Source: Bacillota bacterium (GTDB lineage Bacteria > Bacillota > Clostridia > Oscillospirales > CAG-382). Taken from it: 64,000 nt of DNA. A program made the translations under genes and the position numbers. Within the stretch, counting starts at the first letter, position 1. Every line of letters starts with the position of its first letter. Below, in pieces: positions 42,599-52,317 of this stretch. The stretch covers positions 3,057 through 67,056 of the forward strand of contig JAKPGJ010000038.1 of NCBI GenBank assembly GCA_029550965.1. The letters run 5' to 3'. A model generated the notes under the pieces. The model was given only the letters and a program-made list of their open reading frames with translations, was not told the DNA's origin and ran no database searches.

Positions 42599-44740
42599 AT
42601 GGATTCAAGCATAGAGTTAACACCGCAGAAAGAAAAGAAAAAACCGAGTATTTATTTGAAAATTACAATCATCTGTTTTTTAATCAGCACCATCCTCGAG
42701 ATATTCGTATTCAACTTTAACTCGTTCCATTTGCTGTTTGGCGACTATGAGAAGAAGAACCTGCCTATCGCCAAAGCGCAGATACAGGAGTTTGTCGAGA
42801 GCGACGGGGTGCTTTTTCTTGCGGGCGACGCGTTGTCGGGCAGCAGCGCCTATGTCGAGTTTTCAAACATCGACGAGCCCGTCGGGACCATTTCCTTCGA
42901 TATTGAAATGAACGATAAAATCGCGCAGACGACCGCGACAATCGAGTACACCGATATCACCAACAATTATCAGTACCGATACGGTCCCAGCATTACCTTT
43001 ATCAACGGCGACAGCAGAAGCTATACGATTCCCTGCCACTTTTCCGGCAAGGTTTCCAACCTGAAAATTCATTTTAATATTTCAAAAAACCAGACCATCA
43101 CCATCCGAAACATTATGATCAATAAGCCGATCCCGTTCCGGTTCTCGCTTATTCGATATCTTGTTTTGTATGTCACCGTGCTTCTGGTATATATTTTTGC
43201 CAAATCTCCGGCTTTTAGAAAGCCTTATCGTGAAAATCAGACGCTTTGCTTCCGCTCGGTGCTGATTGCGACCGGCGTTTTCGTGATTATCGCGATTACC
43301 CTGACCGCCGCGTACAGGACCAAATACTCGTCCTCGATTAAAGACGACTTTGCCGCGAAATCCGGCGACCAGCTAACGCAGGAGCTGGTGGACGCGTTTA
43401 AGAACGGTCAGGTTCATCTTCTGGCAGAGCCTTCGTCAAGCCTGAAGAGTTTAAAAAACCCGTATGATTACAGCGAACGCAGGGTTGAAGGCGCATATTA
43501 TCTGTGGGACCACTGCTTCTATAACGGAAAGTATTACTCCTACTACGGAATCGCGCCGGTCATTTTCCTGTTCCTGCCCTATCATTTGATCACAGGGTAT
43601 TATTTCCCCTCGATCTGGGCGGCGCTGCTTTTCGGCGTCATTGGCATCATATTCCTGACAAGGCTGTATATGCTGGTGATTAAGAAATGGTTTTCAAACC
43701 TGCAGATTAATTATATTCTGATGGGTCTGATTATCCTGCAGCTGTCCTCCGGCATATGGTTCAGCATCGCGCGTCCGGTGTTCTACGAAGTCGCCATTTC
43801 GTCCGGTTTCGCGTGCCTGCTTGCCGGCGCGTACTTCTTCCTGTCGTCCAATGTCGTCGGAGAGGGCAAGATTTCCTTCGTCCGGCTGATGGTGGGCACG
43901 CTTTTCATGGCGCTGTCGGTAATGTGCCGTCCCACGCTCGCCGTTTACTGCGTCATTGCGCTTGTGTTTATCTGGTTCGGATTCAAAAAGCTCAAAGCGA
44001 GCAAGGACTATAAGAAGTCCAAAGCGGTGCGGTATTTTGTCTGCGCCCTGCTGCCCTTTGTGTTCTTCGGCGGCATCCAGATGCTGTATAACTACGCCCG
44101 CTTTGATTCGCCTTTTGAGTTCGGCATCAAGTATTCGCTGACCATCAACGACTTCACCCAGGCGGAATACCATACCCACTTCGTTTTGGTGCTGGCATAC
44201 GCGTATCTGTTCGCGGCGCCCTATTTTGTCCCCGATTTCCCGTTCGTCTCGTCGTCGTTCCACACCTTCAATATGAACGGGTATATGTATATCGACGACC
44301 GGTACGTAAACGCGATTTCCATCGGTCTGTTCTACCGCGCCGCAATCCCGCTGATTTCGTTCTTCTTCGCCGGAAAAGCGATCAAACTGCTCGACGGCGA
44401 AGCCAGAAAGAAGGCTATGATCGGCATCGGGCTTCTCAGCGTCCTGGCGCCTTTTGGCATCATTTTCGCGGCCTGGGAGAGCGGATACGCCGCGCGGTAC
44501 AACGCCGATATTTCCTGGCAGATGATGATCGGCGCGTTCTTTATCCTCTACACCCTTCTTGCGAACTGCAAAAACAAGAGCGTTCACAAGATGGTCACGA
44601 CCGCGTTTACCGTGTTTACGTTCTTAAGCTTCATGATGAATTTCGCGCAGATTTATTCCTTTATCAATCCCAACCATGTTTCCACCGAGCTGTCCGCAAA
44701 GCTGTATTCGCTCGAGCGGCTGTTTGAGTTCTGGAAGTAG
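42599..44740 (+). CDS. Large polytopic membrane protein, putative GT-C-type glycosyltransferase. The family is not identified.
   Basis: 713 aa with one N-terminal TM helix, a ~150-aa extracytoplasmic beta-rich domain and then at least 12 TM helices. A loop (NPYDYSERRVEGAYYLWDHCFYNGKYYSYYGIAP) is reminiscent of GT-C/PMT-like first-loop regions. Confidence 0.6.
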   Translation: MDSSIELTPQKEKKKPSIYLKITIICFLISTILEIFVFNFNSFHLLFGDYEKKNLPIAKAQIQEFVESDGVLFLAGDALSGSSAYVEFSNIDEPVGTISFDIEMNDKIAQTTATIEYTDITNNYQYRYGPSITFINGDSRSYTIPCHFSGKVSNLKIHFNISKNQTITIRNIMINKPIPFRFSLIRYLVLYVTVLLVYIFAKSPAFRKPYRENQTLCFRSVLIATGVFVIIAITLTAAYRTKYSSSIKDDFAAKSGDQLTQELVDAFKNGQVHLLAEPSSSLKSLKNPYDYSERRVEGAYYLWDHCFYNGKYYSYYGIAPVIFLFLPYHLITGYYFPSIWAALLFGVIGIIFLTRLYMLVIKKWFSNLQINYILMGLIILQLSSGIWFSIARPVFYEVAISSGFACLLAGAYFFLSSNVVGEGKISFVRLMVGTLFMALSVMCRPTLAVYCVIALVFIWFGFKKLKASKDYKKSKAVRYFVCALLPFVFFGGIQMLYNYARFDSPFEFGIKYSLTINDFTQAEYHTHFVLVLAYAYLFAAPYFVPDFPFVSSSFHTFNMNGYMYIDDRYVNAISIGLFYRAAIPLISFFFAGKAIKLLDGEARKKAMIGIGLLSVLAPFGIIFAAWESGYAARYNADISWQMMIGAFFILYTLLANCKNKSVHKMVTTAFTVFTFLSFMMNFAQIYSFINPNHVSTELSAKLYSLERLFEFWK

Positions 44741-44806
44741 GCGTTCACATTGTAATTTTCAACATTTTGATCGCGTAAATTTCGATAAAACTATACTTTT
44801 TTAATA

Positions 44807-44835
44807 TTGACTTGATTTTTACTTTATGTTATACT
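44807..44835 (+). promoter_or_regulatory. Sigma-A promoter for ldh
   Basis: TTGACT (44807-44812), a 17-nt spacer, then TATACT (44830-44835). Confidence 0.55.
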
Positions 44836-44922
44836 CCTTGCTAATGACCGGAAAAAAGGTTTTCCGACAGAATAAACTATTTAAGAGAGGTACTTTTACA
44901 CGGAAGGTGTAGGAAAATAGCG

Positions 44923-45867
44923 ATGAGAAAGAAGATTACCATTTTAGGCGCCGGAAATGTCGGCGCGACAATCGCATATACCCTCGTACAGAAGGGTCTG
45001 TGCTCAGAAATCGTTTTAATCGATATTAACAAGCAAAAAAGCGAAGGCGAAGCTCTCGATATAGTACAGGGTTCACCTTTCAGCAATCCCGTCAAAATAT
45101 TCTCCGGCGAGTATCCCGACGCCGTAAACTCCGATATTATTATCGTTACGCTCGGCATCGCAAGAAAACCGGGTCAGTCCCGTCTTGACCTCGCCCAGGT
45201 CAACGTCAACATCGTAAAATCGGTTATTCCCGAAATCAAGAAGTACGCTCCGGACGCCGTTTACCTCGTCGTCAGCAATCCGGTCGACATCATCACATAC
45301 ACGCTGATTAAGGCGTGCGGTCTTTCCGAGAAGCAGGTCGTCGGTTCGGGCACGATGCTTGACACCTCAAGACTTCGTTCGCTGCTCGGCGACAAGCTCC
45401 ATATGAATTACAGGAATATTCACGCTTACGTATTCGGTGAGCACGGCGATTCCTCTTTTGTTCCGTGGTCTCTCTGCACCGCGATGGGTCTGAATATCGC
45501 CGAAAACATCGACGTTCTGTCCGACCTGATCACGAGCGAAGAGTTCGACCGCGCAGCGATCGAGCAGGCAGTCAGAGACGCGGGCGCGAAGGTTATCGCC
45601 TGCAAGGGCGCGACCTATTACGCGATCGCCGCTTCCGTAGCGCAGCTTGTTGAGTGCATCAATCAGGACCTGAACGCGTGCGTCTGCGTATCCGGCATGA
45701 TTAACAACAGATACGGCATCAGCGACGTGTGCCTGAGCCTTCCCTTCGTTCTTGGCTCCAGGGGCATCCGTCGTGAAGTCAACCCGCCGCTCACAGCGGA
45801 GGAAATCGAGAAGCTTCAGGCAAGCGCGAACGTTCTGAAGGGTCTCATCAAGAAGCTGGATATCTAA
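44923..45867 (+). CDS. ldh: L-lactate dehydrogenase
   Basis: 314 aa with the NAD-binding ITILGAGNVGATIAY, substrate/catalytic motifs (ITLGIARKPGQSRLDL, GEHGDSSFVPWS) and LDTSR. Confidence 0.9.
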   Translation: MRKKITILGAGNVGATIAYTLVQKGLCSEIVLIDINKQKSEGEALDIVQGSPFSNPVKIFSGEYPDAVNSDIIIVTLGIARKPGQSRLDLAQVNVNIVKSVIPEIKKYAPDAVYLVVSNPVDIITYTLIKACGLSEKQVVGSGTMLDTSRLRSLLGDKLHMNYRNIHAYVFGEHGDSSFVPWSLCTAMGLNIAENIDVLSDLITSEEFDRAAIEQAVRDAGAKVIACKGATYYAIAASVAQLVECINQDLNACVCVSGMINNRYGISDVCLSLPFVLGSRGIRREVNPPLTAEEIEKLQASANVLKGLIKKLDI

Positions 45868-45905
45868 AATTAAACCGGTCCGCCGGGGAAAGGAACAACA
45901 CAAAC

Positions 45906-47084
45906 ATGAATTACGCAGAAGAGTCATTAAAAAAACACTACGAATGGAAAGGTAAAATAGAAGTTATCTGCAGAGCGCCGCTGAACACAAGAGAGGACCT
46001 TTCTCTTGCCTACACGCCCGGCGTTGCGCAGCCCTGCCTTGAGATTCAGAAAAACGTAGACCTCAGCTACGACCTGACAAGACGCTCCAACCTGGTCGCT
46101 GTCGTTACCGACGGTACGGCGGTTCTCGGACTCGGCGACATCGGCCCCGAGGCCGGAATGCCGGTTATGGAGGGCAAATGCGCGCTGTTCAAGGCGTTCG
46201 GCGACGTCGACGCGATCCCGCTCTGCATCCGCTCTAAAAACGTTGACGATATCGTAAATACGGTCAGCCTGATCGCCGGCAGCTTCGGCGGCATCAACCT
46301 TGAGGACATCTCGGCGCCGAGATGCTTTGAGATTGAGAGAAGACTTAAGGAATGCTGCGACATTCCGATTTTCCACGACGACCAGCACGGCACGGCCGTC
46401 GTTACGCTCGCCGCAATGATCAACGCGCTCAAGCTCACCGGCAAGAAGCTGGACGAGGTCAGAGTTGTCACCAGTGGCGCCGGCGCCGCCGGAATCGCGA
46501 TCATCCGCCTTCTCATTTCAATAGGATTGAAGGACGTTATTCTCTGCGACAGAAAAGGCGCGATCTACGAAGGCAGAGAGGACCTTAACGAAGAGAAAAT
46601 CGAAATGGCAAGAATTACGAACCGCGAGCGCCGCAAGGGTACGCTTGCCGAAGTTCTCAAGGGCGCCGACGTGTTCATCGGCGTATCCGTTCCCGGCTGC
46701 GTAACCCCCGAAATGGTGAAGAGCATGGCGAAAGACCCGATTCTCTTCCCGATGTCCAATCCGGTTCCCGAGATTATGCCGGAAGAGGCGAAAGCGGCAG
46801 GCGCGGCCATCGTCGGCACCGGAAGAAGCGACTTCCCGAACCAGATCAACAACGTGCTCGCGTTCCCCGGAATCTTCAGAGGCGCGCTGGACGTTAGAGC
46901 GAGCGACATCAACGACGAAATGAAGATTGCCGCCGCTTATGCGATCGCATCCTACATTCCCGAAGATAAACTTACGCCGGACTACATCATCCCGAGCGCG
47001 CTCGACAAGAACGTCGCAAAGGCCGTCGCGAAGGCAGTCGCGGAAGCCGCAATCAAAACCGGCGTCGCAAGAATTAACAAGTAA
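45906..47084 (+). CDS. NAD(P)-dependent malic enzyme (short form, oxaloacetate-decarboxylating malate dehydrogenase)
   Basis: 392 aa containing LSLAYTPGVAQPC, FHDDQHGTAVV and GAGAAGIAI motifs. Confidence 0.9.
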   Translation: MNYAEESLKKHYEWKGKIEVICRAPLNTREDLSLAYTPGVAQPCLEIQKNVDLSYDLTRRSNLVAVVTDGTAVLGLGDIGPEAGMPVMEGKCALFKAFGDVDAIPLCIRSKNVDDIVNTVSLIAGSFGGINLEDISAPRCFEIERRLKECCDIPIFHDDQHGTAVVTLAAMINALKLTGKKLDEVRVVTSGAGAAGIAIIRLLISIGLKDVILCDRKGAIYEGREDLNEEKIEMARITNRERRKGTLAEVLKGADVFIGVSVPGCVTPEMVKSMAKDPILFPMSNPVPEIMPEEAKAAGAAIVGTGRSDFPNQINNVLAFPGIFRGALDVRASDINDEMKIAAAYAIASYIPEDKLTPDYIIPSALDKNVAKAVAKAVAEAAIKTGVARINK

Positions 47085-47096
47085 TCTAATAACCTG

Positions 47097-47130
47097 AAAA
47101 AAAAACTCACGTTCATCGTGAGTTTTTTTC
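47097..47130 (+). terminator. Rho-independent terminator
   Basis: AAAAAAAAACTCACG-TTCAT-CGTGAGTTTTTTT. Confidence 0.9.
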
Positions 47131-47372
47131 ATTTCCCGATTAACCGAGCGGGTTGAAAAGCGACGCCGAACCCTGCCGGACCCGCCCGTACCCCCTGACT
47201 ATTTGATTTCCGCAAGTAATATACAGCGTAAACTTATCCTTTCCCGCAAAGAAAACGGGAAAGAGTATTCTTTTTCAACCAATGGTTGATGTGACTTAAA
47301 CAACAATCGCTGTACATTGCTTTGTTAAATTGTTATAGTATTTTCAGAAAACAAACAGAAAGGATATAGAGA

Positions 47373-48131
47373 ATGGAAAACAAAATCGGTCTCGTCATCA
47401 AAAACCTCCGCAAAGAAAAGGGCATCAGTCAGGAAGCATTAGCGCAGGCGATGGGCGTCAGCGTGCAGGCGGTCAGCAAATGGGAAACGCAGTGCTCCTA
47501 CCCGGACATTTTGCTAATCCCGCAGATAGCTGAATTCTTCGGCGTCTCGATCGATTACCTGTTCACCGAGCGCGAGTATAACGCGACCGCCGCTTCCCTG
47601 CCGGACGATGACGTTCTGCGCATCGTTCAGTACAAAGGCAACCAGATGCTGACAAAGAATACTTATGACGCGGACGTAAGGATTCGGTTAAAAATCGACA
47701 AGGAAACCTTCCCGAACAACACAACCGTAAACGTGGAGATATGGGGAAGCGCCGACATCGAAGGCGATGTAAACGGAAACGTCATCGCAGACGACAGTGT
47801 CACTTGCGGCAATGTCGGCGGCGGCGTCAATGCGGGCGACTGCGTCAACTGCGGCAATGTCGGCGGCAGCGTCAGCGCAGGTGAAGAAGTCAACTGCGGC
47901 AATGTCGGCGGCAACGTCAGCGCGGGTGAAGAAGTCAACTGCGGAAATGTCGGCGGCGACGTCCGCGCGGATGAAGATGTCAACTGCGGCGACATCGACG
48001 GCAGTGTCAGCGCGGGCGGCGACATCACCTGCAAAGATATACGGGGCGATGTTCAAAAATGCGAAGGCGACATAAGCTGTCAGGAAATCAAAGGGAATGT
48101 GAACTGCAAGGGCGATATCTATTACGAATAA
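47373..48131 (+). CDS. XRE-family HTH protein fused to a Cys-containing 15-aa tandem-repeat (beta-helix/bactofilin-like) C-terminal domain
   Basis: 252 aa with an N-terminal HTH_3 (LRKEKGISQEALAQAMGVSVQAVSKWE) and a C-terminus of CGNVGGxVxAGxxVN repeats. Confidence 0.8.
   Translation: MENKIGLVIKNLRKEKGISQEALAQAMGVSVQAVSKWETQCSYPDILLIPQIAEFFGVSIDYLFTEREYNATAASLPDDDVLRIVQYKGNQMLTKNTYDADVRIRLKIDKETFPNNTTVNVEIWGSADIEGDVNGNVIADDSVTCGNVGGGVNAGDCVNCGNVGGSVSAGEEVNCGNVGGNVSAGEEVNCGNVGGDVRADEDVNCGDIDGSVSAGGDITCKDIRGDVQKCEGDISCQEIKGNVNCKGDIYYE
47805..48029 (+). repeat. Five in-frame 45-bp tandem repeats inside the XRE-family gene
   Basis: Units start at 47805, 47850, 47895, 47940 and 47985 (TGCGGCAATGTCGGCGGC...GTCAAC). 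The middle units are nearly identical, and degenerate copies continue downstream. Confidence 0.95.
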
Positions 48132-48143
48132 CGGCAAGGCATA

Positions 48144-48176
48144 AAAAAGTCCGGCTCATGAAAAGCCGGACTTTTT
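48144..48176 (+). terminator. Rho-independent terminator
   Basis: AAAAAGTCCGGCT-CATGAAA-AGCCGGACTTTTT. Confidence 0.9.
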
Positions 48177-48256
48177 ATATATATCTGTTGTAAAAAACGC
48201 GCCGTTCGTATATTATAAAAGTATTCTAATCTATTCATAAAATAAGGAACTAAAAA

Positions 48257-49477
48257 ATGAAAATACAAAGAAGTTATCCATCCTTTACCGTAACGAAAAA
48301 AGCGGAGCTTTCCATTAAAAACGGACACCCCTGGGTTTACGACACCGAAATCACCGCCGGCGAACAGGTCGAGAACGGCGCGGTCGTCGACGTTTTCTCG
48401 CAAAAAGGCGCCTATCTCGGCTCGGGTTTTTACAGCGAAAAAAGCAAAATCCGCATCCGGCTGCTTTCCGCCAACGCGAACGACAAGTATGACGAGGCAT
48501 TCTTCGAGCGCAGGCTGCGGTACGCGGTCAACTACCGCAAAACCGTCATGCGCGACGACTTTGCCTGCTGCCGTCTCGTGTTCGGCGAAGCGGACGGGCT
48601 TCCGGGACTGACGATCGACCGGTTCGGCAGCGTTTTGGTCGCGCAGGTGCTGTCCTACGGCATAGACATAAGAAAAGAAATGATCTTCCGCCTGCTGTAC
48701 CAAATCCTGACCGAAGCCGGCGAAACCGTCGACGGGATATACGAGAGAAACGACGTTGCCATCCGCCAGCTCGAAGGGCTTGCGGAATACAAGGGCTGGT
48801 ACGAGGGAGTGCCGCATATTGCTCAAACAAAAACCGAGATTATTGAGAATGGCATAAAATACGAAGTGGATTTTGAGAACGGTCAGAAAACCGGCTTTTT
48901 CCTCGACCAGAAATACAACCGCCTTGCCGTTTCCAAACTCGCGAAGGACAAAAACGTGCTCGACTGCTTTACGCATACCGGTTCGTTCGCGTTGAACGCG
49001 CTCAAGGGCGGAGCCGCGCACGTGACCGCCGTCGATGTCTCGGAATCGGCGATCGCGCTCGCAAAGCGGAACGCCGCGCTCAACGGGTTTGACAAAAACA
49101 TTGAGTTTGTCGCCGCCGACATGTTCGACCTGCTGCCCGCGCTTGCCGAGACCAAAAAGAACTTTTATGATTTTATCATTCTGGACCCGCCCGCGTTTAC
49201 GAAAAGCCGAAAGACGATCAAAAACGCAGCCGGCGGCTACAAGGAAATCAACTACCGCGCGATGAAGCTGCTGCCGCGCGGGGGCTATTTGGCGACCTGC
49301 TCCTGCTCGCATTTCATGCGCAGCGAACTGTTCGTAAAGATGCTAAAAGAAGCCGCCGCGGAAGCGAGCGTACAGCTCAAGCAGATTGAAGCGCGCCAGC
49401 AGTGCTGCGACCATCCGATTCTCTGGAACGTACCGGAGACGGATTATTTGAAATTTTATATTTTTCAGGTGATATAG
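48257..49477 (+). CDS. rlmI: Class I SAM-dependent rRNA (cytosine-C5) methyltransferase, RlmI-like (PUA plus MTase)
   Basis: 406 aa with an N-terminal PUA-like region (HPWVYDTEI), RLVFGEADGLPGL, FFLDQK, a SAM pocket (VLDCFTHTGSFAL) and DPPAF. Confidence 0.85.
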   Translation: MKIQRSYPSFTVTKKAELSIKNGHPWVYDTEITAGEQVENGAVVDVFSQKGAYLGSGFYSEKSKIRIRLLSANANDKYDEAFFERRLRYAVNYRKTVMRDDFACCRLVFGEADGLPGLTIDRFGSVLVAQVLSYGIDIRKEMIFRLLYQILTEAGETVDGIYERNDVAIRQLEGLAEYKGWYEGVPHIAQTKTEIIENGIKYEVDFENGQKTGFFLDQKYNRLAVSKLAKDKNVLDCFTHTGSFALNALKGGAAHVTAVDVSESAIALAKRNAALNGFDKNIEFVAADMFDLLPALAETKKNFYDFIILDPPAFTKSRKTIKNAAGGYKEINYRAMKLLPRGGYLATCSCSHFMRSELFVKMLKEAAAEASVQLKQIEARQQCCDHPILWNVPETDYLKFYIFQVI

Positions 49478-49648
49478 GTCGAAATTATAACTTCAAGAAA
49501 ATAAGATGTCGAATAATCATATACACTTCCTATTGACAATAACCGGCTTGTATAATAAAATATTTTGTGAATAAAGTATTTATTTTTTGAACATCTCTTC
49601 CCCGGCAAGAATTTAAGATACTTTATAATATACTTAAGGTGGGTCCTG

Positions 49649-50194
49649 ATGAAAAAGAATCAAAGCTCCTCGAACGTGCTTATTTACTTTACGCCTACCG
49701 CCATGAAGGATGCGAATACGGGGCGATTCATGTTCAGAAAAATAGAAGCGGCCGAGACGAACGCGCTGACAGAGAAGTTCGGCGACTATCTGACGCGGTT
49801 TAAGTGCCTGCATTTCGGCGAAAGCGCGCTTACGGTCGGCGCGTTTCTGGAAGGCGAGCCGGTTGGCATCATTTCGGTTTATATGCGCCCTTTGCCCGCG
49901 CCGCTCGACGACGTGCGGGAGACGGTTATCGACGTGCTGGAAGTGGACAAAGCGCACCGCCGTCAGGGCATCGCCAGAGAGCTGATCAACCGCGTCGAAC
50001 AATGGGCGAAGGATTACCGCTCGCTGCAGATTCGCACCTGGTGCAGCGGCGAAAAGACGGACATGATCAAAACGCTGTACGCTTTGGGATTCTGCATGTG
50101 TCCGGTGAAAATCTGGGTTGATTCGCGCAAAGAGGAAGCCGGCGGTTTTTACGCCGTCAAGCAGCTCAATTCGTTTACAAGAACCATACTATAA
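49649..50194 (+). CDS. GNAT family N-acetyltransferase
   Basis: 181 aa with an AAGGTGGG RBS and the motif VDKAHRRQGIARELINRVEQWA. Confidence 0.75.
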   Translation: MKKNQSSSNVLIYFTPTAMKDANTGRFMFRKIEAAETNALTEKFGDYLTRFKCLHFGESALTVGAFLEGEPVGIISVYMRPLPAPLDDVRETVIDVLEVDKAHRRQGIARELINRVEQWAKDYRSLQIRTWCSGEKTDMIKTLYALGFCMCPVKIWVDSRKEEAGGFYAVKQLNSFTRTIL

Positions 50195-50213
50195 TCAAAT
50201 TACATAAAAAACA

Positions 50214-50257
50214 GACGGTTCAAAAACGAAATGAAGGTTTTTGAACCGTCCTTTTTT
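50214..50257. terminator. Bidirectional rho-independent terminator
   Basis: GACGGTTCAAAAAC-(9-nt loop)-GTTTTTGAACCGTC followed by CTTTTTT. The T-run overlaps the stop of the Fur-family gene on the opposite strand. Confidence 0.85.
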
Positions 50258-50690
50258 ATTCGATATTCTTTCCGGCGCTTGCGCATTCGGGACAGTATCC
50301 GTAAATATCCAGCCTGTGCCCGGAGATTTTGTAATCGGTTTTCGCCTCAATCTCGAGCTCGTACTCATGCAGCGGACAGCCCTGTATCGGAATCATCTTT
50401 TTACACCCGATGCAGACAAGGAAATGCCTGTGCACCACCCGGAACAGTTCGTAGTATGCCCTGCCCTCGCCCATCAGCCCGAATTTTTGAATCAGCCCGT
50501 GCTCGGACATAGTGTCGAGCGTCCGGTACACCGTAGAAAGGTTCGCCGGCACGTTTTGTTTTTTCAGTTCGATATAAACGTCCTCCGCCGCCAGCGGCAG
50601 CTCTTTTTTTCTTAAGATCTCAAGGATCGCTCGGCGCTGTTTGGTGCTTTTCAGCCCGCTTTCCTTCAGCATTGTTTCTATCTCCGACAT
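50256..50690 (-). CDS. zur: Fur family transcriptional repressor, probably Zur
   Basis: 144 aa with a winged helix (STKQRRAILEIL), HRHFLVCIGC and CPEC Cys pairs. It is the last gene of the metal ABC transporter operon. Confidence 0.75.
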   Translation of the reverse strand: MSEIETMLKESGLKSTKQRRAILEILRKKELPLAAEDVYIELKKQNVPANLSTVYRTLDTMSEHGLIQKFGLMGEGRAYYELFRVVHRHFLVCIGCKKMIPIQGCPLHEYELEIEAKTDYKISGHRLDIYGYCPECASAGKNIE

Positions 50691-50695
50691 ACCCT

Positions 50696-51535
50696 TTATC
50701 CCTCTCTGACAGCGGTTTTTCTCTTTTTCCGATAGAGCAGCGCGCGGACCGCAAACAGAACAAAGTATATGATTACAGAAACAAACACGATGGTCGCGCC
50801 GGACGCGATACGCAGGTTATACGATAACCACAAGCCGAAGAAGGCGTAAAACAGCCCGAACAGAATCGACAGCCAAATTCTGTTTTTCAGCTTCGACGTA
50901 AAGAGCGACGCGGTCGCGGCGGGCGCGGTCAGCATCGCGATTGCCAGAATAATGCCCGCGACGCGGATTAACACGACCACCGTCATCGCGATTAAAATCA
51001 GCAGCAGATAGTCTAAAAACGCGGTGTTGATGCCGGTGACAAAGGCGAACTCCTCGTCGAACAAATAAGACTTCCAGTGCGCAAACAAAGCCGCTATCAC
51101 AAACACGATTGCGGCCGACAGAATGAGCATGACGTAAATGTCGGTCCGCGTCACCGCAAGAATACTGCCGAACAAATACGAGGAGATATCGGGCGGATAC
51201 CCTTTCATCATCCCGATAAAGAAGATGCCGCACGCCATTCCGAACGACCACAAAAGACCGATGACGACATCCGAGCGAACCTTGCCCTTGCGGTTGACAT
51301 AGCCGATGCCCAAAGCCGAAGCTGCCGAAAAGGCGAGCGCGCCGATCATCGGCTCAAAGCCTAACAAATAGCCCAGTCCGACGCCGCCGTAAACGGTGTG
51401 CGCGATGCCGCCGCTCATCATCACCAGTTTTTTCTCAATAATGATTACGCCGATGATGCCGCAGATAACGCTCGACAACAGGCAGGCGACGCAGGCGTTC
51501 TGCATAAACTGATACTGCGCGATCGCATTCAGCAT
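50696..51535 (-). CDS. znuB: Metal (Zn/Mn) ABC transporter permease
   Basis: 279 aa, polytopic, with ABC-3 family-like sequence (GGVGLGYLLGFEP...). It overlaps the ATPase gene by 7 nt. Confidence 0.85.
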   Translation of the reverse strand: MLNAIAQYQFMQNACVACLLSSVICGIIGVIIIEKKLVMMSGGIAHTVYGGVGLGYLLGFEPMIGALAFSAASALGIGYVNRKGKVRSDVVIGLLWSFGMACGIFFIGMMKGYPPDISSYLFGSILAVTRTDIYVMLILSAAIVFVIAALFAHWKSYLFDEEFAFVTGINTAFLDYLLLILIAMTVVVLIRVAGIILAIAMLTAPAATASLFTSKLKNRIWLSILFGLFYAFFGLWLSYNLRIASGATIVFVSVIIYFVLFAVRALLYRKKRKTAVREG

Positions 51536-52317
51536 AAGCCGCCGCCCTCCTTTTCGTCGTGCTCCTTCAATACCCGGTGCGGCACGCCGTGGGCGATTAA
51601 GTCGACCGGGCAGCCGTACAGACTGTTGACCACATGCTCGTTCAACTCGGGTTCTCCGTGGTAGATCAGCGTCCTGTTCAGGCAGGCAAGGCGGGTCACC
51701 TGCGCGGACACCGCCAGCAGGTCGTGCGTGACGATAATAATGGTCATTTCCTTATTTAACTCCGCGAGCAAAGCGTAAATCTGTTCCCGCGATGCCGCGT
51801 CAACGCTTGCGGTCGGCTCGTCGAGCAGCAGCAGTTTCGGCCGTACGGCGAGCGCGCGCGCAATCAGCATTTTCTGAAACTCTCCGCCGGAAAGCTGCGA
51901 AACCTGCCGGTTCGCAAGTTTTGTCAGCCCCACTTTTTCAATCAGGCTGTCGGCAAACTCTTTTTCCTGTTTGGAGTACCGCGCGAACAATCTCAGCTTC
52001 GGCTTTAAACAGCCGGTCAGCACCACTTCCGAAACCGTAATCGGGAACTGCTTGTCCACAGCGGAAATCTGCGGGACATAGCCGGTCAGCCTTCTGCCCT
52101 TTTCCGGCTTTTCGCCGAAGAGGGTTACGCTCCCCTCGGCGCGCGGCACAATGCCGATTATCGTTTTTAACAGCGTGGATTTTCCGCCGCCGTTCGGACC
52201 GATAATGCCGAGGTATTCCCCTTCCTGAACTTCTAAATTGATATGCTCGAGCGCCGGTATGGCGCCGTAATAAACGCTTAAATTTCGAACCGAAACTATC
52301 CCATGGTTACCGTCCAT
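51529..52317 (-). CDS. znuC: Metal (Zn/Mn) ABC transporter ATP-binding protein
   Basis: 262 aa with Walker A (GPNGGGKST), the signature LSGGEFQK and Walker B (LLLLDEP). Confidence 0.9.
   Translation of the reverse strand: MDGNHGIVSVRNLSVYYGAIPALEHINLEVQEGEYLGIIGPNGGGKSTLLKTIIGIVPRAEGSVTLFGEKPEKGRRLTGYVPQISAVDKQFPITVSEVVLTGCLKPKLRLFARYSKQEKEFADSLIEKVGLTKLANRQVSQLSGGEFQKMLIARALAVRPKLLLLDEPTASVDAASREQIYALLAELNKEMTIIIVTHDLLAVSAQVTRLACLNRTLIYHGEPELNEHVVNSLYGCPVDLIAHGVPHRVLKEHDEKEGGGLC

Noticed and set aside
44741-44922. A Rex operator upstream of ldh (TTCACATTGTAATTTTCAACA).
   Set aside because: It contains one TTCACA half-site but no matching inverted partner at the right spacing, so it is not a convincing Rex box.
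48122-49312. A 396-aa minus-strand ORF.
   Set aside because: It is antisense to the RlmI-like methyltransferase gene and has no motifs.
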